Below, piece by piece: positions 1 to 9,779 of a stretch of DNA of 64,000 bases. The stretch comes from Trichlorobacter thiogenes (GTDB lineage: Bacteria; Desulfobacterota; Desulfuromonadia; Geobacterales; Pseudopelobacteraceae): positions 16,288-80,287 of the forward strand of contig NZ_FUWR01000013.1 in the NCBI RefSeq assembly GCF_900167465.1, read 5' to 3'. Both the position numbers and the translations under genes were made by a program. Every line of letters begins with the position of its first letter. Position 1 is the first letter of the stretch. Below the pieces are notes generated by a model. That model was not told where the DNA came from. It ran no database searches and worked only from the letters and a program-made list of their open reading frames with translations.

Positions 1-577
1 TGCCGTAAAGGGGATTCAACCCCAGTTTACCGATTGTTTTCAAGGCATCAAAATCAACCTTCTGTTCCAGGGCAGCCAGATAGGCCCCATGGGGGTCAAT
101 CATCTCAAGCAGGTTACGCCGTTTAGCCTCTTCAAGGGACAGCTCACTGTAGCAGAAATCCCCCATCATCTCATTGGCACGTTTTTCAATCTGCTTGGTG
201 GTCTCTGGCAGGGCTGGTCCACCCCAGGAAGGAGAAAATTTGATGCCATTATATTCAGGCGGATTATGGCTGGCGGTAAAGTTAATCCCACCGGCAGCGC
301 CACGCCGCAGAATTTCAAATGCAATCACCGGTGTGGGGACATCACGGCTACAGAGCAGCGCCTTGATCCCGGCCCCTGCCAGCACTGAAGCGGCTTCTTC
401 CGTAAATCGTTTGCCCATAAAACGGGTATCACGGCCAATAATCACCCCTTTATCCGCCTCACCGGTAGATTTCAGGTAGTCTGCAATGGCCTGGGTTACA
501 ATCTTGACATTCTCAAAGGTGAAATCTTCACATAGAATTCCACGCCACCCGGAAGTGCCGAATGCAATATGAGCCAT
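1..577 (-). CDS. phosphoglucomutase/phosphomannomutase family protein (alpha-D-phosphohexomutase), 5-prime part; gene continues beyond the left edge
   Basis: Not in the ORF track because it runs off the edge. Minus-strand translation from ATG 575-577 gives MAHIAFGTSGWRG...GINFTASHNPPEYNGIKF. TASHNP is the phosphoserine active-site motif of the family. A GGAGG SD lies 5 nt upstream. Confidence 0.8.
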   Translation of the reverse strand, partial: MAHIAFGTSGWRGILCEDFTFENVKIVTQAIADYLKSTGEADKGVIIGRDTRFMGKRFTEEAASVLAGAGIKALLCSRDVPTPVIAFEILRRGAAGGINFTASHNPPEYNGIKFSPSWGGPALPETTKQIEKRANEMMGDFCYSELSLEEAKRRNLLEMIDPHGAYLAALEQKVDFDALKTIGKLGLNPLYG

Positions 578-749
578 GATCCCTCCCCCAAAAGAAAATA
601 AGACAGCTTTGATCTTGTTACGCTACTATAGAAGCAGAGCCAGCGTCAAGTCAAACGGCATGCAAAAACTACTGTCTGATATATTTTTTATAGACAGTTA
701 GATCAGTTTTTGGTATTGACTTTTTCTTTTCAGAATTGCTACAGTTTAA

Positions 750-766
750 ATTCAGTTGAACTGAAT
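750..766. promoter_or_regulatory. perfect 8-1-8 palindrome ATTCAGTT-G-AACTGAAT, candidate operator ~20 nt upstream of the SD of the PxxKW gene
   Basis: Read directly in the divergent intergenic region between the mutase and the small Cys-rich gene. Confidence 0.3.
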
Positions 767-786
767 CACTTTGAGGAGGATGAAGT

Positions 787-1077
787 ATGCAGTGTCAAAC
801 CGTGCTTCCCGGTACCGAGTGTACCTTCATGGCAAAAAGCGGATGTGTATTCCCTGAAGGTTCCTGCCAGACCGTGGTAGAGAACTGTGAAGGTTGTGAA
901 CGAATTGTTGAAGGCAGCATCGGTCAGGTCTGCGGCGCCTATCCGGCACCTGCCAAGAAGTGGGCTAATGGCATCTGTAACTTTGCTACCCACGTCAAGG
1001 TAGAGATCAAGATCGAAGACCTCAAGGTCAACCCGCTCAAGGCTTCCAAGAAGGCATCTGGCGGCAAGAAGAAGTAA
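787..1077 (+). CDS. small cysteine-rich protein (PxxKW-type; motif PAPAKKW, 10 Cys)
   Basis: 96-aa ORF with a strong SD (GAGGAGG 7 nt upstream). Has CxxC / C-x-x-C pairs and a Lys-rich tail. Followed by an intrinsic terminator. Confidence 0.6.
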   Translation: MQCQTVLPGTECTFMAKSGCVFPEGSCQTVVENCEGCERIVEGSIGQVCGAYPAPAKKWANGICNFATHVKVEIKIEDLKVNPLKASKKASGGKKK

Positions 1078-1096
1078 CTTCATCCATACATTGTAC

Positions 1097-1130
1097 AAAA
1101 AAAGGGAAGCTCCGTGCTTCCCTTTTTTGT
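1097..1130. terminator. rho-independent (bidirectional) terminator AAAAAAAGGGAAGC-tccgt-GCTTCCCTTTTTT
   Basis: 10-bp GC-rich stem flanked by an A-tract and a T-tract, 20 nt after the stop of the PxxKW gene. Confidence 0.7.
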
Positions 1131-1149
1131 ACCTGTTCAGGAGACAACC

Positions 1150-1599
1150 ATGTCCTTTACCAGCCTTACCTGTCCTGCCTGCGGTGCAGCGGTCAAACAG
1201 TACCGCAACCCGCTTCCCACGGTGGATATCATCATTGAACTGGACAACAAAATCGTCCTGATCAAACGCAAAAACCCGCCCCATGGCTGGGCTCTGCCGG
1301 GCGGATTCGTGGATTATGGTGAATCTCTTGAGGCTGCTGCTATCAGAGAAGCGCAAGAAGAAACCAACCTGACGATCCACAACCTGAAACTGTTAGGCTG
1401 CTATTCTGATCCGGCCAGAGATGAACGGATGCACACCATTACAACGGTCTATGTTGCCCAGGCTAGCGGCACTCCCCAGGCTGCTGATGACGCGGCAGAA
1501 CTGGCCCTGTTTCTCCCAGAGCAGCTCCCTGCCCCGCTTTGCTTTGATCATGCCCGGATACTGGCCGATTATATCTCCTTCAAGGCAGCATGCCCTTGA
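1150..1599 (+). CDS. NUDIX hydrolase with N-terminal Cys4 zinc-ribbon
   Basis: Nudix box GGFVDYGESLEAAAIREAQEETNL. N-terminal CPAC...(zinc ribbon). Start moved to ATG 1150 (GGAG SD) because the track start 1114 lies inside the upstream terminator. Confidence 0.8.
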   Translation: MSFTSLTCPACGAAVKQYRNPLPTVDIIIELDNKIVLIKRKNPPHGWALPGGFVDYGESLEAAAIREAQEETNLTIHNLKLLGCYSDPARDERMHTITTVYVAQASGTPQAADDAAELALFLPEQLPAPLCFDHARILADYISFKAACP

Positions 1600-3986
1600 A
1601 CCAGTTCACCAATGCACTTCTGCCGTAATACCTTCAAAGCCTGATCTGCCGGTAATGGCCGGCTGATCAGGAACCCCTGTACCTGATCACAGTTGTTTTC
1701 CCGCAAGAAATCCATCTGCTGTTTTGTTTCAACCCCTTCAGCAATCACCTTCAGATTGAGACTACTACCCATGGCAATAATTGCCGAGGCGATCGCTGCA
1801 TCAGTGGAGTTGCTCTCCACATCCCGCACAAATGATTTATCAATTTTCAAGGTATTCACGCTGAAACGTTTCAGGTGGGACAGCGATGAATAGCCGGTAC
1901 CAAAATCATCAATTGAGATATGAATCCCCAGACTGGAGATCTCGTTCAGTACCTCCACCGCATAATCGGGATTCTGCATAATCACGCTCTCGGTAATCTC
2001 AAACTCAAGCAGTTCACCGGGCAGACCTGTTTCTTCAAGGATTGCACGAACCGTTTCAACCAGACGGCTGTGCTGCAACTGGTAACCTGAGAGATTCACC
2101 GCAACCCGCAAGCCCTGCATACCATCCTGATGCCAGGCCATATTTTGACGGCAGGCCTCCCGCAACACCCATTCGCCCAGATCAACAATCAGACCGCTCT
2201 CTTCAGCCAGCTGAATAAATTCGGTTGGCGCCAGCAGGCCCAGCTCGGGATGCTGCCAGCGCACCAAAGCCTCCGTAGCCACGATACAGTCGCTGGTGAC
2301 ATCCAGCTTAGGCTGGTAGTAGAGCCGGAACTCACCGCGATCCAGGCCACGTCGCATGGAGTTGGCAATGGTGAAACGACGGGAGGCGTTCTGATCCATA
2401 CTATCATTATAAAACTGGATATTGTTCCGTCCCAACGCCTTGGCATGATACATGGCGACATCCGCCTTCTGCATCATGGTTTCAACATCATCCTCATCAT
2501 CAGGATAGGTACAGACACCGCCGCTAGTGGTCACAAACAGTTCATGGTTACGAATTACAAACGGCTGACCAAGTTCAATCAGCAGATTATCACATAATGA
2601 GCTAATATCAGCCCGATCTGCGACATTCAACATCAGCACAACAAACTCATCGCCACCGATCCGGGCAACGGTGTCGGTCTCACGGAAACAGCCTTTCAGA
2701 CGTTGGGCAATCATCCTGAGCAGATCATCCCCCACAGCATGTCCCAAGGTGTCATTGATGATCTTGAAACGGTCCATATCAAGGAACAGCAATGCAAAAC
2801 GGGAGTGCATCCGGTGAGCGAGGGCCCGGGCCTGTTGCAGCCGATCATGCAGCAGGATACGATTGGGAAGCCCGGTCAGCACATCATGGTGCGCCAGCTT
2901 GATCAGCTCACGCTGGGCCAGATTCCGCTCTGTGATATCGTGGCAGACCCCCCAGATCATCTGGTCAGGCGTCTCATTACAGCTGGTTGAAAGGCTCACC
3001 TCCAGATCCAATGTCCTGCCAGCAACCGGAGAGTTCAGGCGCATCTCAAAGTGGCCAACATCCACCTGCCTGATTACCTTTCCAAACTGGCGAATCAACA
3101 CCCCCCTGCCTTCCTCATCGGTCAGATTAAAAAGACTGGCACCACCAGATAGCGCCTCCAGTGGGCCGATCATATCCTGACCGATCTGATTCAGGTACAA
3201 CAGGGTTCCATCCTGACGGCAGCAGAAAATCAGGTCATGGGCAGTAGTGATAAAGCCGGTCAGCGCCTCCTCACTCTGTTTAACCTTCTGGTGATCAGAC
3301 CGGATCTTATCCATCAGGAAGGCCCCAAAGAAAGAAACCGCAGCATTAACTCCGGCAACCCAGAGCCACATCAGCAGTTCAAACAGGATACTGGGGCTTT
3401 CTTCCTCCATAAACGGCATCCTGACCGTTGCAATAAAATCAAGTTGTTCAGCCACGAGAAGCACCCCGTAAAGGGCGGCCCCGATCATGCCGATTCCCCA
3501 GACCTCCCGTTTTTTTTCAAACAGAAAGGCCGACTCCAATGAGATCAGCAGATAGGCTGGCCAGAGCCAGCTGACCACACCACCGCTCCAGTGAATTGCA
3601 GCCGTGACAAACAGCAGATCGACCAGCACCTGCAGATAGATCACTAAACGACAATTTTTCCAGACACTGCAGGGGAGCGAGGTTAGTGGAAAGGCAATTA
3701 CAAAAAAGATTGCGGCAGCCTTTAACGAGAAGCTCCATTGTTCAAGATGGAAGATCGGCAGATCAATATCCGGGGCAAACAAAAGTTCAGCCAGCAGCAC
3801 ATAGCAGAATAACGCAGCCAACATGGCCCAACGCAGCTTAACCATCAATGAAACACGGACACACTGTTCAACCAGCCGTTCTCCGATAGAGCGATTCCGG
3901 GCATCCGGCTGGATCAACTGAGACAGCGAATCAAACCAGGCGGCATCAGGCGGTGAACTGTTTGTTTGAAGAGATTCGGGGGTCAT
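1569..3986 (-). CDS. membrane-bound PAS/GGDEF/EAL protein (diguanylate cyclase/phosphodiesterase)
   Basis: About 6 N-terminal TM helices, a PAS region, RIGGDEFVV (GGDEF) and EALVRW...DDFGTGYSSL (EAL). 3-prime end overlaps the NUDIX gene convergently. Confidence 0.85.
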   Translation of the reverse strand: MTPESLQTNSSPPDAAWFDSLSQLIQPDARNRSIGERLVEQCVRVSLMVKLRWAMLAALFCYVLLAELLFAPDIDLPIFHLEQWSFSLKAAAIFFVIAFPLTSLPCSVWKNCRLVIYLQVLVDLLFVTAAIHWSGGVVSWLWPAYLLISLESAFLFEKKREVWGIGMIGAALYGVLLVAEQLDFIATVRMPFMEEESPSILFELLMWLWVAGVNAAVSFFGAFLMDKIRSDHQKVKQSEEALTGFITTAHDLIFCCRQDGTLLYLNQIGQDMIGPLEALSGGASLFNLTDEEGRGVLIRQFGKVIRQVDVGHFEMRLNSPVAGRTLDLEVSLSTSCNETPDQMIWGVCHDITERNLAQRELIKLAHHDVLTGLPNRILLHDRLQQARALAHRMHSRFALLFLDMDRFKIINDTLGHAVGDDLLRMIAQRLKGCFRETDTVARIGGDEFVVLMLNVADRADISSLCDNLLIELGQPFVIRNHELFVTTSGGVCTYPDDEDDVETMMQKADVAMYHAKALGRNNIQFYNDSMDQNASRRFTIANSMRRGLDRGEFRLYYQPKLDVTSDCIVATEALVRWQHPELGLLAPTEFIQLAEESGLIVDLGEWVLREACRQNMAWHQDGMQGLRVAVNLSGYQLQHSRLVETVRAILEETGLPGELLEFEITESVIMQNPDYAVEVLNEISSLGIHISIDDFGTGYSSLSHLKRFSVNTLKIDKSFVRDVESNSTDAAIASAIIAMGSSLNLKVIAEGVETKQQMDFLRENNCDQVQGFLISRPLPADQALKVLRQKCIGELVQGHAALKEI

Positions 3987-4810
3987 GACGGAAAGAACTT
4001 CAGCTGCGGTCTTGAGGTTATCAAGCCCAACTCAGCTGCCAGTTGATAAAAGCATTCAAGTCCAGCCAAGTGGGCCTCATCCAGTTGATAGGTGATTGCA
4101 TTACGCCAGTAATCCGCCAATGGCTGGACACCAACCCAGGCAGCCTCCGGCGCCTGGGCAGCCAGCAGCCCGGCATCAGGTATAATCCTCTCGCGGGCCT
4201 GTTCCAGCAGCCTACTGAACTGAGTTAATGCGCCTTCTTTTCCTGCAGCTGAAGTCCGGTTAATCAGCCAGAGTGCATAGACAAAAGGCAGACCAGTCAG
4301 CTCCATCCACTCCTGTCCAAGGTCGTAACAGTAGACACCGGCACTGCCTGATGCCGCCTGCAAAGCACGATCACCGATCAACAGCAGTCCTGAAGACTGC
4401 TGTAATGCTTCCTGCCATGGCAGGGACGTTGTCTGCAAAGAACAATCGGACAGCCCCCAGCGCTTAGCCAGTAAAATATGAAGCAACACAACCGATGTTG
4501 CCGATTCACTGGTCACCAGCAACCGTTGGCCAGCCAGCTCCTCCGCCGGACGGGTGGTAAAAAAAAGCACACTTTTAACCGGACCTACAGAGCCGATACA
4601 ATGCCCCGGCAGAATGGCATATTCATCTGCATGGCGCGAGAATTCAATTGAAGAAGAAATACAAATATCAATCTCACCGTTAGCCAGCTTGGCATTCAGC
4701 GTTGCCGGCACTCCATGCACAATGGTGGTTGTCTCGCCGGGCAGTGTTTTTTCTAACTGCATAAAGAGCGGGGTGCAATTTGCGTAGTCAATCCGTCCGA
4801 TTCTCAGCAT
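3983..4810 (-). CDS. MqnA/MqnD-like (futalosine-pathway chorismate dehydratase family) periplasmic-binding-fold protein
   Basis: 275 aa. N-terminus MLRIGRIDYANCTPLF resembles the MqnA LR(I/V)GxIxYLNxxP signature. Start/stop-overlapped with both neighbours (operon). Confidence 0.5.
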   Translation of the reverse strand: MLRIGRIDYANCTPLFMQLEKTLPGETTTIVHGVPATLNAKLANGEIDICISSSIEFSRHADEYAILPGHCIGSVGPVKSVLFFTTRPAEELAGQRLLVTSESATSVVLLHILLAKRWGLSDCSLQTTSLPWQEALQQSSGLLLIGDRALQAASGSAGVYCYDLGQEWMELTGLPFVYALWLINRTSAAGKEGALTQFSRLLEQARERIIPDAGLLAAQAPEAAWVGVQPLADYWRNAITYQLDEAHLAGLECFYQLAAELGLITSRPQLKFFPS

Positions 4811-6303
4811 CAGTTCACGCTCTTGTAAAGGGCATCAGGATCAAGGGTAACCAGCCGCACCTGCTCTTTGGCAAGAATTTCGCCGGTTGCCTTCCAGAGC
4901 TGGGTAATGGCGTTGGCATAGGCAACTTGTGCCTTAATCTGGTTATTCTTGGCAGTGGCAAGATCATTTTCCACATCAAGAACATCCTTGGTGGTGGCAA
5001 GTCCCACTTCTGCCTTACGCGCAAAAGCCCGTAGCCGTTCTTCGGCAAAGGCTCTGCCCCTGTCTGCCACCTCAAGCTGCTTATAGTTCGCCTCAATAGC
5101 CCGAACAGCCGAACGAACATCATTGGCTATCAACTCCTCCTGGTTCCTGATCTGCAGGGCCGACTGATCAAGCTTCAAACGATTTTTACGATATTCATTT
5201 TCAGCAGCCCGGTTTCCCAGCGGATAGCTAAAGGTTAATCCCATCCCCCAGGCAGGATAATTGCCTGATGAGAGACGATCCATATCCCGTGGATAGGTAT
5301 CACCAAGACCAACAGTTGCAGCAGACGCAGAAAAAACAAGATCAGGACGGGTTCTGTTACCGGAGACCCTGGTTTGCAGTTCAAGCAGTTCCAGGTTACG
5401 CTTCAGCTCCTTTAACTCTGGACGGTTGGCCAATGCGCGCTTGATCTCGCTCTGTTCCGAGACCTCGTAACGTACCTTTGAGGGCACCTCAACGACAGCA
5501 ATCCTCTCGCCTTGAGGCAGTTGTAGCAGTTGAACCAGCAGATCAACCTGGTCCTGCAGCGCCCGTTCCGCATCAATCAGCTCTTTTTCACGGCTGGACA
5601 CCCCGAATTCAGCATTCAGTGTCTCCATGGCAGGCATAACACCTGCCTTGACCCTGGCCTGCGTCTCACTCAGAACTCGACGGGCAAGATCAAGTGACAC
5701 TTTCCTGACCTCCAGCTCTTCCCGTAGACTGTAGAGTTTATAGTACTCAGTCCGCACCTGGGCCACCACACTGATCAGTTTGGCGCTCAGCTTTTCAAGA
5801 GAAGCATCTTTGGTCAGACGGGCAGTATCAATGGTCAGTTCGGTGGGTTCGCGGCCAAAGTTCTTCAACAGAGGCTGACTAAAGGTCACTCCCAGGTTTG
5901 ACTGCCAGTATGATGACAATCCGCTTGAGGTCGAGGTTACATCAGAGGAGAGATAGCTGTTATTAAACCCCAGAGTTGCAGTGGCACCCGTGGGCAACAA
6001 CTGGCTGACACCGGCATTAAACTGGGTATTTTGATTCCAGTATTTTCCTGCCGCCTGGGTGGTGGAGTAGGAGGTTGTTTCGTTGTAGTTTGCCTGCAGA
6101 TTAAGGGTTGGATTGTAGATGCCACGGCTTTTCTGGTATTCAGCTTCCTGCTGGGCAGGGTTATACAGTTCTACTTTCAGATCAAGATTCTTCTCTACAG
6201 CCATTTTAACGGCATCGGCCATGGTCAGCCGCACCGGTTCAGCCTGCAGACACGCAACAGCCCCAAAGCTGAACACCATACACAAAGCAAGAATCATCTT
6301 CAC
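4810..6303 (-). CDS. TolC-family outer-membrane efflux protein
   Basis: Signal peptide MKMILALCMVFSFGAVACLQA. Two coiled-coil/beta-barrel repeats typical of OEP/TolC. 497 aa. Confidence 0.8.
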   Translation of the reverse strand: MKMILALCMVFSFGAVACLQAEPVRLTMADAVKMAVEKNLDLKVELYNPAQQEAEYQKSRGIYNPTLNLQANYNETTSYSTTQAAGKYWNQNTQFNAGVSQLLPTGATATLGFNNSYLSSDVTSTSSGLSSYWQSNLGVTFSQPLLKNFGREPTELTIDTARLTKDASLEKLSAKLISVVAQVRTEYYKLYSLREELEVRKVSLDLARRVLSETQARVKAGVMPAMETLNAEFGVSSREKELIDAERALQDQVDLLVQLLQLPQGERIAVVEVPSKVRYEVSEQSEIKRALANRPELKELKRNLELLELQTRVSGNRTRPDLVFSASAATVGLGDTYPRDMDRLSSGNYPAWGMGLTFSYPLGNRAAENEYRKNRLKLDQSALQIRNQEELIANDVRSAVRAIEANYKQLEVADRGRAFAEERLRAFARKAEVGLATTKDVLDVENDLATAKNNQIKAQVAYANAITQLWKATGEILAKEQVRLVTLDPDALYKSVN

Positions 6304-6346
6304 TACAGCACCTCACTACGATCTGCGAATCACCCTTCTTAAATGC

Positions 6347-6378
6347 AAGATGGGCGGGATTTCCATCCCGCCCATCTT
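6347..6378. terminator. 14-bp perfect-stem hairpin AAGATGGGCGGGAT-ttcc-ATCCCGCCCATCTT between gcvH and the TolC gene
   Basis: Seen in sequence. Lacks a clean U-tract, so terminator function is inferred. Confidence 0.4.
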
Positions 6379-6399
6379 ATACCACACTTAGAAGCCGTT

Positions 6400-6789
6400 T
6401 TACACTTCCTTGTCTTCTATATAGTCAGCGTAATCATCAGCCGACATCAATGCCTTCAATTCATCCCGGTCTTCCAGTTCCAGCTCAAGCAGCCAGCCAC
6501 CATCATAGGGATCATCATTCAGTAATGAAGGGGTATCAAGCGCCTCCTCATTCACCGCCAGCACCGTACCGGTTACCGGTGCATACAGTTCGGCCACGGT
6601 CTTGCGGGCCTCGATGGAGCCCATAGAATCTTCCTGCTCAACCTGATCACCTTCATCCGGCAGTTCCACCGCAGCAATGGTGCCCAGTTCCTCCTGAGCA
6701 AAGTCAGTAATCCCCACCACTGCCCGGTTTCCTTCAATCCTCAGCCAGACATGCTCCTTGGAATATTTGAGTTCTTCAGGGAATTCCAT
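6400..6789 (-). CDS. gcvH: glycine-cleavage-system H-like lipoyl carrier protein
   Basis: MEFPEELKYSKEHVWLRIEG... and lipoyl-Lys context IEARKTVAELYAPVTG. 129 aa. Confidence 0.8.
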   Translation of the reverse strand: MEFPEELKYSKEHVWLRIEGNRAVVGITDFAQEELGTIAAVELPDEGDQVEQEDSMGSIEARKTVAELYAPVTGTVLAVNEEALDTPSLLNDDPYDGGWLLELELEDRDELKALMSADDYADYIEDKEV

Positions 6790-6792
6790 AGC

Positions 6793-8133
6793 CTACTCCA
6801 AAACAATCCGTTCAAGGAATGACGTATCAACATTGCCTTCAATAAAATCCTTGTTGGTCATGATCCGTTTATGGAAGAAAATCGTGGTCTTGATCCCCTC
6901 AATAATATACTCATCCAAAGCCCGGGCCATGCGGCGAATTGCATCTTCGCGGGTCTCGGCATGAACAATCAGCTTGCCGATCATGGAATCATAGTGGGGA
7001 ACCACGGTGTACTGATCGTAGACAAATGAATCCACCCGCACCCCAAGACCGCCAGGCTGATGGTAGGCAGTGATCTTGCCGGGGCAGGGAGTAAACTTGA
7101 AGGGGTCTTCGGCATTAATCCGGCACTCAATCGCATGACCGGTGATCTTGATATCATCTTGCGTGTAACGCAGCGGCAGGCCGGCAGCAGAACGGATCTG
7201 CTCACGAATCAGGTCTACCCCGGTAATCATCTCAGTCACCGGATGCTCAACCTGAATCCGGGTATTCATCTCCATGAAGAAGAAATCACCGTTCTTGTCC
7301 AGCAAAAACTCAACGGTACCGACGCTGCAATAGTTGACCGCCTTGGCAGCCTTTACCGCAGCAGCCCCCATGGCAGCACGGGTTTCAGGCTTCAACGCAG
7401 GACAGGGAGCCTCTTCCAGCATCTTCTGATGCCGCCGTTGAATAGAGCAATCACGCTCTCCCAGGTGGATGCAGTTGCCGTGTTTATCAGCCAGCACCTG
7501 GATCTCAACGTGACGGGGCTGTTCACAATACTTCTCAATATAGACATCAGGATTGCCGAACCCTGCCTGGGCCTCAGCCTTGGCAGTTGCATAGGCATTG
7601 GCCAGGGTAGCCTGGGAATGGACAATCTTCATACCACGACCGCCACCGCCTGCAGTGGCCTTGATGATCACCGGAAAGCCGATCTGCTTGGCAATTTTAA
7701 CTGCCTCGTCCACCGACTTCACATTTTCCTTGGTGCCGGGCAAAATCGGCACACCATGTTCAATCACCGCCTGACGGGCCGAGATCTTATCGCCCATAAC
7801 CCGCATGCTTTCGGCAGAGGGGCCGATAAAGGTGATGCCGCACTGCTCACAGACTTCAGCAAATTTAGCGTTTTCAGATAAAAAACCATAGCCGGGATGG
7901 ATCGCCTCGGCATCGGTCAGCTCAGCTGCACTGATAATGGCGTTGATGTTCAGATAGCTCTGGCTGCTGGGGGCCGGACCGATACAGACCGATTCATCGG
8001 CCAGCTTAACATGCAGTGAATCAGCATCAGCAGTGGAATAGACCGCCACTGTCTTGATTCCCAGCTCTTTACAGGCCCGGATAACCCGAATGGCTATCTC
8101 GCCACGATTGGCGATGAGAATTTTATGGAACAT
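6793..8133 (-). CDS. accC: acetyl-CoA carboxylase biotin carboxylase subunit
   Basis: [14 protein letters not shown]... ATP-grasp. 446 aa. Highly conserved. Confidence 0.95.
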   Translation of the reverse strand: MFHKILIANRGEIAIRVIRACKELGIKTVAVYSTADADSLHVKLADESVCIGPAPSSQSYLNINAIISAAELTDAEAIHPGYGFLSENAKFAEVCEQCGITFIGPSAESMRVMGDKISARQAVIEHGVPILPGTKENVKSVDEAVKIAKQIGFPVIIKATAGGGGRGMKIVHSQATLANAYATAKAEAQAGFGNPDVYIEKYCEQPRHVEIQVLADKHGNCIHLGERDCSIQRRHQKMLEEAPCPALKPETRAAMGAAAVKAAKAVNYCSVGTVEFLLDKNGDFFFMEMNTRIQVEHPVTEMITGVDLIREQIRSAAGLPLRYTQDDIKITGHAIECRINAEDPFKFTPCPGKITAYHQPGGLGVRVDSFVYDQYTVVPHYDSMIGKLIVHAETREDAIRRMARALDEYIIEGIKTTIFFHKRIMTNKDFIEGNVDTSFLERIVLE

Positions 8134-8142
8134 TACCTACTC

Positions 8143-8613
8143 CTAGATCTTTTCGATAACAAAGAGGGGCTGACCAAACTCAACCGGCTGGGCGTTCTCA
8201 ACACAGATCTTAACGATCTTGCACTTGAACTCTGCCTCAATCTCATTGAAAAGTTTCATCGCCTCAACCAGACAGATAACCTGGCCCTTCTCAATCACCT
8301 GGCCAACTTCGGCAAACGGTGCAGACTCAGGGGAAGCTGCACGGTAGAAGGTACCTACGATCGGTGAATTAATGGTCTCGCCAGCCAGTTCAGCTGCCGG
8401 AGCAGAGGCTGCAACAGCTGCTGCAGGAGCAGCAATCGGAGCAGCCATGGCTGCAGGGGCTTGCATATAGGCGGGAGCGGCGGTCATCTGCACAATCTCG
8501 GTCCGTTGACCACGCTTGATCACAATCTTTTCTTCTGCGTTGTCCATCTCAAATTCAGTAATATCGGTCTCGGTGATCATCTTTATCAACTGCTTCAGGT
8601 CTTTCACTTCCAT
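8143..8613 (-). CDS. accB: biotin carboxyl carrier protein
   Basis: Ala/Pro-rich linker and a C-terminal biotinyl domain ...CLVEAMKLFNEIEAE... Confidence 0.9.
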   Translation of the reverse strand: MEVKDLKQLIKMITETDITEFEMDNAEEKIVIKRGQRTEIVQMTAAPAYMQAPAAMAAPIAAPAAAVAASAPAAELAGETINSPIVGTFYRAASPESAPFAEVGQVIEKGQVICLVEAMKLFNEIEAEFKCKIVKICVENAQPVEFGQPLFVIEKI

Positions 8614-8649
8614 GTCTATTCTCCTTCTTTTAGTATCTGCACAATAGGT

Positions 8650-9717
8650 CTACACAATGATAAGCTGCTTTGGAACCTTGGTCAGCAAGCAGCAGCCATC
8701 TGCCGTAACTGCTACGGTGTCTTCAATCCGTACACCGCCAAAACCGGGGATATAGATACCCGGTTCAATGGTAATGACCATCCCTTCTTCTACTATGGCT
8801 TCACTACGCGGCGAGATGGTCGGCCTTTCATGGATATCAAGCCCGACGCCATGTCCCAGCCCATGCCCAAAATACTGGCCAAAGCCTTGATCGTTAATAT
8901 AGTCACGGGCCAGCGCATCAAGTGCTCGGCAGGATATTCCCGGCTTCACGGCCGCAATAGCACGATCATGGGCATCAAGCACCGTCTGGTAGATCCGTTG
9001 TTGCCGTTCATCAATCGAGCTGACTGCCACGGTGACCGTTTCATCCGAGTGATAGCCATCCAGAACAGCCCCAAAATCAATGGTTACCAGCTCACCTGAT
9101 TGTATGGTCTTGTCTGAAGCCCGCCCATGGGGCATTGATCCACGGGCACCGGAAGCCACAATAAAATCAAAGCCGCGACCATCAGCACCACGACGACGCA
9201 TCTCAAACTCAAGCTGCAACGCGAACGCATCTTCCCGTATGCCAGGCTGCAACTGCGGCAGAACCGCCTCAAGTGAAGCTGAAGCCAGGGTAGCAACCTG
9301 CTCCAACTGTTTCAGTTCACTGGCGTCCTTGCAATTTCGTACTGCGTCAAGCTCGGGGCCAAGCCCAACCAGTGTCACTCCCGGTAAACGAGCCGCTAAC
9401 CCCTGATGGCTGGTTACCGTGGTATGGGATGCCTCAAAACCGACCCTGTACCCACCAGACTGGCGCACCAGATCCGCAACAGCCTCCTGGCGCTGGGCCT
9501 GTTCAACCAGTATAAGGTCTGTGACCTCTTTGCCAGCCTGCACCGTATAACGGGAGTCACACAGAAACCAGCCACCCTCCGGTGTTAGCAACAATGTCCC
9601 TTCGGAACCGCTAAAACCGGATAGATAGCGCAGGTTGACCGGGTGCTCAATCAGCAGTAGATCCAACGCATGTTCTTCAAAGAACGGCAACAGCCTTCGG
9701 CGTCTGCTTTTTAGCAT
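8650..9717 (-). CDS. pepP: M24 family Xaa-Pro aminopeptidase
   Basis: HGLGHGVGLDIHE metal-binding motif. 355 aa. Confidence 0.85.
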   Translation of the reverse strand: MLKSRRRRLLPFFEEHALDLLLIEHPVNLRYLSGFSGSEGTLLLTPEGGWFLCDSRYTVQAGKEVTDLILVEQAQRQEAVADLVRQSGGYRVGFEASHTTVTSHQGLAARLPGVTLVGLGPELDAVRNCKDASELKQLEQVATLASASLEAVLPQLQPGIREDAFALQLEFEMRRRGADGRGFDFIVASGARGSMPHGRASDKTIQSGELVTIDFGAVLDGYHSDETVTVAVSSIDERQQRIYQTVLDAHDRAIAAVKPGISCRALDALARDYINDQGFGQYFGHGLGHGVGLDIHERPTISPRSEAIVEEGMVITIEPGIYIPGFGGVRIEDTVAVTADGCCLLTKVPKQLIIV

Positions 9718-9779
9718 AACTGAAAGCGACCCCTCAACCGAATTCTCACAAAGCTGAAAGTTTCCAAGAAGTCCCTAGA

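Noticed and set aside
3983-4810. Assignment of the 275-aa protein as a phosphonate/ABC substrate-binding protein
   Set aside because: No signal peptide. The N-terminal LRIGRIDYANCTPLF matches the MqnA/MqnD signature better, but confidence remains moderate.
7060-7881. 273-aa plus-strand ORF antisense to accC
   Set aside because: Overlaps a highly conserved gene on the opposite strand. No start context or domains.
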